Source of the DNA: Paraspadella gotoi | Lineage: Eukaryota; Animalia; Chaetognatha | NCBI GenBank assembly: GCA_051294375.1 | Contig: JBJCIZ010000239.1 | Span: forward strand, 2,617,476 to 2,681,475 | DNA: 64,000 nt | Direction: 5' to 3' | Shown: one piece after another, positions 1-12,117 of the stretch | Layout: each line of letters begins with the position of its first letter | Numbering within the stretch: the stretch's first letter is position 1 | Made by a program: the position numbers and the translations under genes | Notes under the pieces: generated by a model | Database searches by the model: none | Told to the model about the DNA's origin: nothing | What the model saw: the letters and a program-made list of their open reading frames with translations, nothing else

Positions 1-1045
1 CAGGAACGTCGCGTTGAAAGTGCTACGCCCCCAAAGTGCCATCCTCCCCCACCACCACCACCACCTTCTATGGGAGCCCCTCCTCCCCCGCCGCCTCCGC
101 CACCGCCTCCGCCTCCTCCACCGCCGCCTTTACCCTCTGGCGCCAAGTTATCTCTTAAAGAACAGATAGTAAAGGTATTGTTCGAATAAGTGTAACAATA
201 TTATATTATCTCTTATATTGTTTTATACCCCTTTATCCATACCATTCATCAGAATAAAACCGGAACGAAATCTTCAAATTCGAGCGACGTCGAGAGCTCT
301 ACTTCTTTGCCCCGAAAGTCTTCAGTTACCAACAACGGCGCTCCGAATCTCGGAGACGTTCTCAAGGGTAAGCCCGCGCGGGAAAAAAAAAATCATCTCT
401 CATCGTTATCAGTTGTTGTAATATTAATTATGATTGATATTATTATTTTACAGATTTGGGAAAAGTGAAGCTCCGTTCGGTGGAGAGATCCCCGAACGGA
501 ACTCCACTCCGACCTCCGCCGAATCCCTCGGCCCCTTTGGACGCGGCGTCTCTCATCGCCGCCGCGCTCAAGAAGAGATTCAACGCCAACTACCGGTACT
601 AAAGGCTTTTCTCAGAAAAGCGATTCTCTTTCGAGCTCGACGCCCGAAGAGAATCCCCCACTTTTTACCACCCCTACTTCCCAAAGAATCGGATTATTGT
701 AGACGTACATAGAATAGATACCAGCCTGGGCGGAAAGAAATAAGCTAGTGATTGCTTTTCAGGTGCTTGCTTCGTGAGAAAGTTAATTACATTTAGAAAA
801 AAACTCGGACCACTAATTTTTTGTTCACCAGAATGGATTCGCCCGAGAAGCCGCAATCGCAGAGTCGCAATTGCAGCGAATCGGAAATCTTCGACGACGC
901 CACGCCCCCTTTTAAAACTCGGCTCAGGAGCGTGCCGGAAAAGGTCGCGCCTGCCGCCCCTGCTCCCTTCGGGCAACATTTGTTGAGAAAGAGCAAGGAT
1001 GGAATGAGAAGGAAACTTTTGGACGAGCAGGAGTCGGCCAAATGA
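1..1045 (+). CDS. MTFR1: Mitochondrial fission regulator (MTFR1/MTFR2, FAM54 family), 5'-partial; exons <1-174, 253-367, 454-595, 832-1045
   Basis: The spliced translation gives poly-Pro, then PNLGDVLKDLGKVKLRSVERS, DAASLIAAALKKRF and PFGQHLLRK. These match the recalled MTFR motifs [35 protein letters not shown] and FGPHMLK. The GT-AG introns are in phase. The MTFR1 vs MTFR2 assignment is not resolvable. Confidence 0.8.
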
Positions 1046-1646
1046 TCCCGTGACGCCTTCTTTCCTGGTTTACGTTAAATTTTCGAGAATCGATATCATT
1101 AATCAGCGGACCCCTGTTCAATAATAACACTCAAACTTCAGGTTGCATATTTTTTTTTACTAGAAACTTGTTAAGAGATAGGAGGTAGGATTGATGTTAT
1201 TGACCGGAAAAAAGATAACCGGGTTTTGTTACTATTTTGATTTTTGTGTCTTCACTTTTTAAAAGTCGTGATTAGACTATCGGTGCTTTCAGCTGGTCGT
1301 GATTTAAACCAACTACCTATACAATATTTGATGTAGATTTAGAATGTTAACACTAATTTTGGTTTTTTTTTCATTGTTTCACATAGTTTATAAATTCGTT
1401 ATTGTTAATTTAGGTCTATTTAGTCGAATTAAAAATGAAATTTTTTTACAAAACATTTTCTCTAATTGAATACGGATATTAGGATTATGAAGCGCAAAAA
1501 ATTCGACTCGCGACAATATGTTTGATGATGCCTTTTTTTTTTTGAAATAAAGGTAAGTGCTCTAAAAAAAATATATATTGAAAAATCTATTAAAAAAAAA
1601 ACGTAATGATCTAGTTTGTTCACAGCATCTTCACCACTGGGGAACG

Positions 1647-4600
1647 ATGCCTTTGGTTTCAAAGAAAAGCGCCTCGTTGGTTCTCGTCCGAGTTCAGACG
1701 ATGGACGCCGAACTCGAGTTTCATATCAGTTTTCAAAGTTTGGGACAAGAACTGTTCGACCTCGTTTGTAGAACCATCGGACTCAGAGAAACTTGGTACT
1801 TCGGCTTACAGGTGCAGTGAGGGAAGTTTTTTCTGAAAATAGTGTAAATTCTTTTATTTTTTTATAGTAATTGATGTTCTTACCGATTTCACCCGTATGT
1901 CAGGAAGAAACCTACTTTGCCCCTAATATTTAAATCTTTGAAATCCCCTCAGTTCGTCGATGAAAAGGACTACACGACCTGGTTAAAAATGGACAAAAAG
2001 ATTTGCAATCAAATCTCAGCGAGCGACCAGCCACTGGTATTTCTTTTTCTCGCCAAATTCTATCCCGAAGAGGTCAGCGAGGAACTGATTCAGGAGATCA
2101 CGCAGCACCTCTTCTTCCTCCAAGTCAAGCAGAGCATCCTGGACATGAACATCTATTGCCCTCCAGAGGCCGCCGTCTTTTTGGCCTCTTACGCGCTTCA
2201 GGCCAAACACGGCGATTACGACGAACAGACTTTTAAGCCCGGAGACAATGCTAATGAAGATCTTTTGCCGCAACGAGTCATTGATCAGTATCAGGCAAGG
2301 AAACATATTTAATATTTATTCAATTTTAACTTATCAGCCCTTTCTTTTTCATTCGTTTATGATAACTTTATATACAACCGTTTGTTCAGCCTTTCTTTGT
2401 CGACGAGAAAGTCTTTTATATTTAGTATTTATTATTCGCTTGTTTATGAACTCAAATTTTGTATGCATGTAAGAGATTATTATTTATTATGATTCTAAAT
2501 GAGATCTAATTTCTCAATCTCATTTACATATTGCAGTATTAAATCTAAATGTATCTTATATGCATACGTATAATGAATATTATTAATTATTATTAATTAT
2601 TAATAATAATATTAATTTATATTCATTTGACTTATCCACTTTTTTCTCCCAGATGACGACGGAAATGTGGGCGGATCGAATCAAAGAGTGGTACGCCGAT
2701 CATCGCGGAATGGCCAAGGAGGAGGCGGAGATGGCCTACCTCAAGATCGCCCAGGATCTCGACATGTACGGAATTAACTTTTTCGAAATTAAAAACAAAA
2801 AGAATTCGGACTTGTGGCTCGGAGTCGATAACGCGGGACTCAACGTTTACGAGAAAGAAAATCGTCTCGTGCCCGTCGTCTCTTTTCCCTGGGGAGAAGT
2901 GAAGAACGTCTCTTTCAAAGTGGGTAGGGCTCAGTAAGGCTCGTGACCCCATGGTTTTTTTTGAGTCCATGAACCTTCCTTTTTCTTCTTTCTCTCTAAC
3001 TCCCAGGATAGACGATTCGTCATCCGGCCCGTCGACAAAGGCGCCCCGGATTTCGTCTTCATCGCCCCGAATCCTCGCGTGAACAAGCGCATCTTCGAGC
3101 TTTGCATCGGGAATCACAACTTGTACATGCAGCGTCGAAAACCGGACACGATGGAGGTGCAACAGATGAAGACTCAAGCGAGAGAGATGAAAGCGCGAAA
3201 GTCGATGGAGCGAAATCGGTATTTGAAGGAGAAGCAGATGCGAGAAGAATGTCAATCCGCCTACAACGAACTCGAAAAGCAATTCGCTATTATCAAAGTG
3301 AGAAGAAGGACGAAAAATGGGACAGAGAGAGAGAGAAAAACCTAGAGAACGGAGAAAAAAAGGGCGTGGAAAAAGGAGCCACATTTTGTGCAATTTTTTT
3401 ACTCCCATCGTTTTTCTCCCAGGAGAACCTCCGCCTGACCCAAGAAGCCCTTCGGAGATCCGAAGAAACCGCCGAGTTGTTGGCGGAAAAATCGCGTCTC
3501 GCCGACGAAGAGGCCCGGATGTTGGCGCAAAAGGCGGCGGAGACAGAAACCGAGATTCAAAATCTCAAAGTCTCCGCCATTAAAATCGAGGAAGATAAGA
3601 TTATGATGGAACACAAGGTTAGTTGTATTTTTTTTTTTTTTTATAAATTTTTTGGTTGATAGACATTGTGTATAGACTTTCGATTTCGTTGTTTATGGGC
3701 ATTAGGAGAAAAACAATTTTTATTTGAGTCGAAACATGTCTGTCAAATTGTCATTAAAATTCGTTGTCAAAACAAATAAAAATTGTTTTTCTCCTAATAT
3801 AAATTTTTTAAATATTTTAAATATTTTAAATATTTTAAATATTTTAATAAATACCTTAAAGATGATCTTGATCGATACAGACTCGTAAACTCTTTCAAAA
3901 AATCCCTTTAATCAGTATGTAATATGTATACTGTATATATACTGATATTGTATAGTGTACCGTCTTTTGACTCTTTTTCTTGCTCTCTCTCTCTCTCGTT
4001 CTCTCGTTATCTTTCGCTGTCTTTTTCTTTTTGATTTCAGGCGCTGGAAGCAGAGATTATCGCGACGAAAAGCGTGGAGGAATTGGAAAAACGCGCCCAG
4101 GAGGCTGAAAATCTCAAGGACGAGTTGATCCGCGCTCGCCTCGCCGAAAAAGAGGCCAAGGAAAAATTGCTCACCTTCGGCCGAACTTATTTACCCTACG
4201 GTATCCCGAGCGCGTCGGCTTTCTACCCTTCCCTCCCCGCCATCTCGAATGGACAGTCCCTGCTTCCCCCTTCCTCCTCTTTGGGTCATCGGTTCGCTCC
4301 TCAGCAAAGCAACGGGGCGGATTCGACGATCGTCCAACCCGCGCACGGCGCCTCCATCATGACCACTCACGCCAAAATCGTGGGCAACCTCCATTCACGC
4401 CCTCTGTCCTCGGTCCACAGTCATCTTCCCTCGCATCAGCCCAACAACTCCCAACATCGGCTCTACGTCAACGGCGCCGCCGGGGGCCTGCCGAGCAACG
4501 GTTCCGCCCTCAACGACCAAACCGGCGACATGGAGGCCCTGTCGGCCGAGATCGAAAAAGAGAGGATGGAGTACGTGGAGAAGTCTCGGCATCTCTCCGA

Positions 4601-4769
4601 ACAACTGCAGCAGCTCAGGGACGAAATTGAGAGTCTGAAGGTGGAAGAGAAGACGACCAACTTGGATCGGTTGCACTTGGAGAAGAACGGAGTGAACAAG
4701 TACTACACGTTACAAAAAATAAGAACCGGAACGACGGGATCACGAGTCGCCTACTTCGAGGGTCTTTGA
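1647..4769 (+). CDS. NF2: Merlin (moesin-ezrin-radixin-like protein); exons 1647-1811, 1953-2294, 2653-2919, 3007-3297, 3423-3617, 4041-4769
   Basis: FERM domain ([27 protein letters not shown]), merlin blue box YQMTTEM, coiled coil, and a merlin-type C-terminus SRVAYFEGL. Intron 2 has a GC donor. Confidence 0.95.
2467..2557 (+). repeat. Intronic ~90-bp dispersed hairpin repeat, copy 1
   Basis: ATGTAAGAGAT...CAATCTCATTTACATATTGCAGTATTAAATCTAAATGT is shared with 19545-19620, 27704-27794 and 28758-28835. Confidence 0.85.
3701..3798. mobile_element. MITE-like inverted repeat in an NF2 intron
   Basis: Perfect 26-bp inverted repeat ATTAGGAGAAAAACAATTTTTATTTG (3701-3726) / CAAATAAAAATTGTTTTTCTCCTAAT (3773-3798) with a 46-nt spacer. 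It is followed by about 4 copies of AATATTTTA. Confidence 0.65.
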
Positions 4770-5683
4770 CACAACCTTATTGCGCAATATACACATATTG
4801 ACGGATACAAGGTTAACCAGAATAAAAATTGATTTGTTATAGGAAAGGAATTACTAAAGGAAAAAAAAATTTAAAAAAAAAAAACTAAAAAAACAATATT
4901 TAATGAGTAAGTTGGGGGGGGAGAAAGGTTTTTGAGTGGTTGTAATTTTTTTTCAATAAGGAAGGAATATATGAAAAGTCTGTATTCATAGATCAGTGTA
5001 CGTAGGGATGCAAAGGAAATTCGTATTTACAGTGTTTTTTGTTCTACCATGTTTGAATATCATGAAAACTTAAAGATAATTATCGACCCCTTGCCGTATA
5101 TCAAATTACTTATTATTTTTTCCTCGATAGGTTTTATCCCAGAATTCGTTCGCTTGTCTCGTTTTTATTTTTTGTATACCAACAATCTCAGGAGTGATTT
5201 TCTTTAGTGTTTTAAGGAGATTTAGTCGACTTATTATTTCGATGTAAATTTGTATGGTTTTCTGTTTGAAATGATTCAATTCTGCGAAATTGCAATCGTT
5301 TTGTCATTTTTTTATTATTAAACAAAACGGATCTTCCAGTACTTTAAACATATGTCACTAAACGACAGGTATTTATCTCTTGTGCCTTTTTTTAAAAAAA
5401 ATGCACATTGCACAAAATCTTTTCTCATCGAAACAAGTTTTTGAAATGGTTTCGATTTACGATCAAGCGGGCAATACATTTCTAAATCTTTAAAGGTGAT
5501 ACCATTCTTAAAAGTATTTACAGGATGCTATTTTTTCACTTCTGCCTTAATTGATTTTTACATTGTTGCTTACCATACCTCCCCACTGCAGATTTACCGT
5601 TCACACGATGCTTCCAGTTTTTTTTTAAATTGAAATTTCTTTTCGTTAATGTTAATTCTTTAGGCAGAGTTGGAAAAACTTTT

Positions 5684-8600
5684 ATGGATTATCCGTCGGT
5701 GAAGAGGGAAAATGTTTGTGACTTACATCATCGCGTTTCTGTCCCCGATCCTTATAGGTAAGTTAAGTCTTTTGCAGTCTCCCTTACCCCTTTCTCGATC
5801 TCTTAATCTTTAACTTGATTATTTTTTTTTTTAAATCCATTTCGTATCGTCCTCAAGATGGTTGGAGGAACCCCACACTTCTCCCGAGGTCGCGTCTTTC
5901 GTCCAGGAACAGAACGACCTCACCGACACTTACCTTTCCTCCTCCCGCGTCAAATCTTTTTATCGACGCCGACTGGAAGAGATATGGGACGTTCCCAAAT
6001 ACGGATGTCCCGAGCGCTACGGCACTCGCATCTTCTTCGCCTACAACAGCGGGATGTCCAACTTTGCCTCCATCTACGTCAAAGACACGAACGACGTCGA
6101 CTGCGGCGACGATGTTCGGGATCTTCTCAACGGAGCCTCCGTTTTGATCGACGATCAACGTCTGCTTCCCATGGCCTCGATGAGGCAAGTGGCTTTTTCG
6201 TCGGACGGAACTCGCGTCGCTTATGCTTACAATACTGGTAAATGGTGGATAGCATTACAAATCATGTAATTTAAATAAAATCCTCCCGATTCCTGAAGGT
6301 GTAAGGGAAATAGATTTACTGATAATAAAAATATATATTTACTAAGATTCCATAGGAACTGATTGAAATAATAAATATGATGGTAAGCAGTTTGTTCCTA
6401 ATGAGATTAATTACCCCTATGTTATTAGCATATTGCTTGTTTTAATTAAGTATCTATAGATCCTTATTAACTATTTATACAGTTATGTGTTCAATTCAAA
6501 CATATTCAGTTTATATCGGTTATGATAAATATCTTATCACAACACTTGAATTTTTTTCACAGGCGACGGTTCTGATTGGGTGGATGTCAAGTTTCTTCAA
6601 CTTTCATCTCCCGGACTCAAGTCGCCGTGCGTCACAAATTTGTCGGATGTACTGGAAAATACGAAGCATTCCTCTTTGTCCTGGTACCGCAATCGGGGCA
6701 TCTTTTACAACCGGTACGAATCGGTCAGCAAGGACTCTTTCTGTCAGAACCTAGGTCAAACCTTGTGCTTTCACGAGCTATCCGACGACGACAACAACAA
6801 CAAAGGCGACGGCGACGTGAAAGTTCTGGCGTTCCCGTCGCATCCCGAATGGCACGTCCACGCGACGGTGACGGAATGTCAAAAATACCTGGTCTGTTTG
6901 GTCCGCGATCGATGCCGCGTCGAGAACAAAGTCTGGATCGCGAGGATCGACGACTCGTTTCTCGAACCGCCACCGACGAATCTTTCGATCCCCAAGTTTC
7001 TCCCTTTCCGATTTCGCTTCGACGATTGGACGGCGCAGTTTAATTTCGTCGGCAACTTGGGGGACGAGTTTTTCTTCCGCACGAATTTCGATTCCGAGTT
7101 TTATTCCCTCGTCTCCTTCGATCTTTCCATGGGACGCGAGGACGACTCCTCCCTCGTCTCCTTGCGTCCTATGATCGTTGTCCCGGAAGCCCCGGGGAAA
7201 CTTCTCGAGTCCGCCGTTCCCTTCCACGACGACAAAGTGATTCTAGTCTATCAGGAAAACGTCATCAATCGCTTGGCCGTTTTCCATCTTTCACGACGAC
7301 GGTTTTTGAGCGACGCCCGTCTGAAACTCCCGCTCGGTTCCATTCAGTCCATATTCGGGCGTCGCGAGTCGAAACTGGCCTATTTTCTCTTCGTCTCTTT
7401 TCTCCAAGCTTCAACGATCTTCCGAGTGAGGATCGCGGATGATGGCGATCCTATTCTCGAGCTCATCAACCGAGTTCCCGTTCTGGGTTTCGACGAGACG
7501 CTTTTTGAGACTAAACAGGTTCCTCGGATTTTCGTGGCCAGCTTCTGCGGATTAATCTTCGGAAGTTAATGATCGCTCTTTTGTCCCGTTCTCTCAAGGT
7601 GTTTTATAGCTCTGCGGATGGGCAGAAAATCCCCATGTTTCTGACTCACAGAAAGAATGTGGAGTTGAACGGGAGGAATCCCGTCATGCTGTATGGCTAC
7701 GGTGGTTTTAATCAATCTGTTAAACCACTATTTAGTCCTTCAAGAATAGTTTTTATCCAACACATGAACGGTATAGTCGCCGTTCCGAACCTGAGGGGAG
7801 GTAAGATTTTAAGTATTTTATGAAATATGTATACTGTATGAAATTTTGGGTTATTTGATCGTCTTTTAAGTTATTACGTATTAAGTATGATACGGACGTT
7901 AAAGGTCTTCCAACCAAATATAAACTTAATTGATTAAGTTGTATCCAAGTGATAAATATTTAAAACGTAAGTGGGACAGACATACCGACCGACTGACCAA
8001 CCAACCGAAAAGTTACTTTTAGAGTTACTCCGCTCGTACTCGCTGCGCAAATAAAAACAACTTTCTCTCTTGCTTTTCCCAAAGGCGGCGAATTAGGGAA
8101 ACATTGGCACGAGATGGGAAGAAGAAAAAATAAGAAAAACACCATTGATGATTTCATCTCCGCCGCTCAATTTCTAGTCGGGGAGGGCTTCTGTATTCCG
8201 AGCAAAATCGTGGTCAATGGAGCCTCCAACGGGGGACTCACTGGTATTTGTTAATTGGTAAAACGCTTTTGAATCCAATCGAATTTTTGGTCTCACGGAA
8301 CCATGGCGCAGATCAATATTGATTGTTTCTTCAGCCGCTCTGGCGTTTCTTCGCCGACCCGATTTGTTCGCCTGCGCCATCCTTCAAGTCGGCGTTTTCG
8401 ATCTCCTTCGCTTTCATCTTTATACCATCGGCTTTTGCTGGATTCCCGAATACGGGGACCCGGATGAAGCCACGGATTTTCGCTGGCTACTCCGTTACTC
8501 TCCGTATCATCGGACGCTGCTTCACGCCGGAGAAAAGTTTGAAAGACGCTCGTCGATGGAGACGGACGAAGGGAACAGAGATTCCATCGAGCTCGTCCCT

Positions 8601-9494
8601 CATCATTTTCCGCATCCCACCGCCACCTCGAATTCCTTTCACGAGTCGCCAGCCTTGAGTCACCAACACGATTCCTATATGGGTCTCGCGGATCCCAGTT
8701 CCTCTTGCGTCGATCTCTTTTGCAACACGACGCCGACGACGTCGTTCGCTTCGCAGATGCGATTGGATCTCGTTTCTTTTATCAATCAATCGCAAATGTT
8801 GAGCGACGACGAAGACGGATCTTCCACTCCCGACTTGAGCGATTGCAATAAGAAGATCTTCCTTTCTCTCGACGAGACGCCCATAAAATTCTCGCCAGTA
8901 CAAACATTAGGTTCTGAAATTATTTTTCTAAGTTTACGTTAAATTAACTTGACAGAGTATGTTTATAAGCACATAATCCGAGTACGAGATCAAATGAATA
9001 ATAAAGATCATCTTTTAGATCTCATTTTGGATTTTTTTTTTATTTCACGAACCCAATGTTTATTCTTTTATCGCTAAGAGGTGAATAGAAACGGGGATCT
9101 CTCGCTCGACGACGAAGCCTTTGATCTCGACGTGGAACGACTAGACGACGACGACGACGACGACGACCACGATTCCTTTTATCATTCCCAAATCGACCCA
9201 TCGTACAAAAGGCTGTTTCCCTCCGTGTTTTGTTTAACCTCAACGACGGACGACCGAGTTGTGCCGATGCATTCCTTCAAGTTTGTCGCCGCTTTGCAGC
9301 ATTTTTTGCGATTCTCCGCCGAGGATATCGAGCCTGTCGAGGAGGGTGTCGTCCGAAACTTGCCCGTCGCACTTTTGAGGGTCGCCGACAAATCTGGTCA
9401 TGGTTACGGAAAGGGGACGGATAAAGCGATCAGTGAGCTGGAGGACATCTTTGCTTTTATCGACAAAACCGTCGATTTAGAGTGGCACGATTAA
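5684..9494 (+). CDS. PREP: Prolyl oligopeptidase (S9A); exons 5684-5757, 5858-6237, 6563-7518, 7599-7800, 8085-8243, 8335-8910, 9079-9494
   Basis: Motifs VPDPYRWLEE, LYGYGGFN and NLRGGGE. Catalytic Ser in GASNGG, Asp in DDRVVP and His in KSGHG. All introns are GT-AG and in phase. Confidence 0.93.
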
Positions 9495-9967
9495 GTCCCT
9501 ATGTATTTATTATAATTTTTTTTTCCATACAGAAAAAACATCGGTGCACAAATACATGCATTAAATAATTATATCATCACTTATAATCTAGCTACCAAAT
9601 CAAAATATATTATTGCTAAAGTACGACTTTTTTTCTTGATAAAAATATATATATATATTCAAATAGTGCAAAGACGGTAGTATAGGAAATTGATTGGCTT
9701 TTTTTCTTTTTAGGCTTAATTTTTTGCCAGTATCCTTTGCTTTAACGAAAATCATTTATACTTCCAATTTATTTTGTTATCCGTTTATTGTTGCTCATTT
9801 TAAAGCATCTCCTATGACTTTCGCCCACCTCATAAAAATTAAATCGCGTTTGTTTCTATTGTTATGGTTGATTCCTTTCTTTTCGGCAATCGAATCATAA
9901 AATATTTTTTATTTTTAAGGGACATGAAATAGGCCTTGACTGTTTTGTTTTTTTTTTTTACCGACAA

Positions 9968-10484
9968 ATGTCCGATGCCGACCTTAATGAATCGGAGCCA
10001 ACTCAGGCCGACCAAGATCAAAACTCTAGTAGCAGTACTATTCGACAAAGAAAATCCAGAGCTGAAAGAAATCAGGTACGACTGAAGATTGACGACTGTT
10101 GCAGAGTAGCAGAGTGCTTAGTTCTTCATTTCAAATAAACTTCGGTAAAACTCTCAATGCCAATCTCGTTTGCATTTGATTGCGTTATAATTAAGTATAT
10201 ATATTCTGTGATTTTAGTAATTCTATAGTTCAGAATATGATATTATTGATTTGTTGTTATTAAAAATTTGTAAGTCATACATAACATTTGACGTTATTCA
10301 GGCCCTCGCTGACAAGGTCGCTCGTATCAAGGAACGTCGCGAGGAAGCTGAACGATGGCAGGGATTAAAGACTCGAGTCTTGAAATTCGTTAAACCCGTT
10401 GGGATCGCCTTTGGCCTTGCTTTATCCGTTGCCTTCGTCTATTGGCTCGTGTTTCACAGGTTCTTTTATCATTTTAGTTGGTGA
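9968..10484 (+). CDS. 96-aa uncharacterised tail-anchored membrane protein; exons 9968-10075, 10302-10484
   Basis: ATG, a phase-0 GT-AG intron, a charged helical N-terminal part and a single C-terminal hydrophobic helix (VGIAFGLALSVAFVYWLVF). Confidence 0.75.
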
Positions 10485-11532
10485 TATACCGTGGATTTTT
10501 CCAAATGAGATTGTCTAGCATTTGCATGTTGCCGTGCTTTGCTTACTAATTATTGGTTATTATTTTACCATATGCAAAGGAATTAGAGAGACGCAAACTC
10601 ATTTTGAATGATCCATAAATTTCTCTTTCTCTCGTTTTTAGCCGCATCTGCTTATTGCAGATTCACTTTGGTTTGTCGGTCTGTCGGTCGCCCCCCTTAG
10701 TTTGGTCGGTAGTCATTTAAATCATATTTGAATATCAAATTATATGAAATTACCAAAAAAAAGTATAAAAAAATAACAAGTATGAATAAAGGTAAAAAAC
10801 GAACGAACAAAGCGAGCAATTACAAAATAAAAAAAAGATGAATAAAAATAAAAATTAAAAAAATATAAGATAAATGAACGAACAATGTATAATAAAAATT
10901 GAATAAGAAAATTCACGAATAAAAAATGAAATGAACAAAAATAAGGAAAAGAAAAAAAATAAAATCATATAAAAATTTAAAAAATTCAAGGTTTTACAAT
11001 ATATATACAAAAAGAAGTTATAAAATATAGCAGCTCACGATATGACAACTTTTCAGGTTTAGAATTATTAAAACTTTTTTAAAAAATCAATCAATCACTC
11101 TATTATTTTATTAACCGTTTTATCAATCATTGAATGATTTGATTACCGCCAAATGTCCGTAGGCAGATCCGGCATTGTTTGCTCAAAACTTGTTACGAAA
11201 TTATCGAGCTCACATCCCCTTCAGTCCTGTTTTCGAATTGGACGAAGACTTGATCATCTCCGATGGCGATGGGTTCGTCAAAGTCGAAAGCCAACTGAGT
11301 TGAAAAGTCCTCGTCGATTGTGACCTCAAAGCCTCGGGACTCGGGAGAAGCCGGATCGTGAATCGTGAAAACCTGATTCCTTTGCTGTGTGAATAAACGA
11401 CCGATGAAACCGAGTCCATACCGGAAATCGATTTGTCGTCGAGCCTTTTAAACTCGCAGACGCAGCAGCAGCAGTGAGGACGGACGATTGGTTGCCGTCG
11501 CGACTCTCGACTCTCTCTTTACTCGAGCCAAG

Positions 11533-12117
11533 ATGGTGAAGACGTTTCAAGCCTATTTGCCGGGCAATTGTCACCGCACTTATTCGTGCGTGCATTGCCG
11601 CGCTCATCTGGCTAATCATGACGAATTGATTTCAAAGTCATTCCAGGTGACTAACGTCTGAATTAGTAGTACAATTACTGTTACAATTCGCTTTGCAATT
11701 TTGTGGAGGTGAAAAATTAAATGTGACACTGTGTCACAGGCATGAGCTCATAGAAAATAGAGTGAAAATTAATAATTAAAACGCTAATGTAATTTGGGTG
11801 AAATTAGAAGTGATAGGAAAAAAAAAACGATTGCGACTTCGATGACGGTGGCTCCATTTCATCATACCCAGGGAAGCCAAGGCCGCGCCTACCTCTTCAA
11901 CTCCGTCGTCAACGTCGGGTGTGGACCGGCCGAGGAACGCCTCCTCCTCACCGGTCTGCACGCCGTGGCGGACATCTTCTGCGAGTGCTGCAAGACGCCT
12001 CTCGGTTGGAAATACGAGAGAGCCTTCGAATCGAGTCAGAAATACAAAGAGGGGAAATTTATAATCGAGTTGGCGCACATGATTAAAGACAACAGATGGG
12101 ATAGAGACAGTGCTTGA
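11533..12117 (+). CDS. YPEL: Yippee-like protein (YPEL1/2/3 type); exons 11533-11646, 11872-12117
   Basis: [10 protein letters not shown]...[20 protein letters not shown]|[15 protein letters not shown]...[13 protein letters not shown], with two CxxC zinc pairs. Confidence 0.96.

Noticed and set aside
596-743. Possible 20-nt intron (gtact...ctcag) opening an alternative last exon of MTFR
   Set aside because: It is far shorter than the other introns here, and the exon at 832 supplies the conserved FGxHxL motif.
2632-3408. 258-aa minus-strand ORF and many similar antisense or alternate-frame ORFs (e.g. 15299-15874, 37131-37913, 45648-46208, 62256-62900)
   Set aside because: These are shadows of GC-rich + strand exons, with no recognisable domains.
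11163-11303. Coding-looking frame ADPALFAQNLL...ESQLS upstream of yippee
   Set aside because: I found no in-frame ATG or upstream exon, and its start coincides with a dispersed repeat.
11452-11532. Non-AUG N-terminal extension of YPEL as reported for vertebrate YPEL1/2
   Set aside because: An in-frame stop lies 27 codons upstream and there is no in-frame ACG or CTG.
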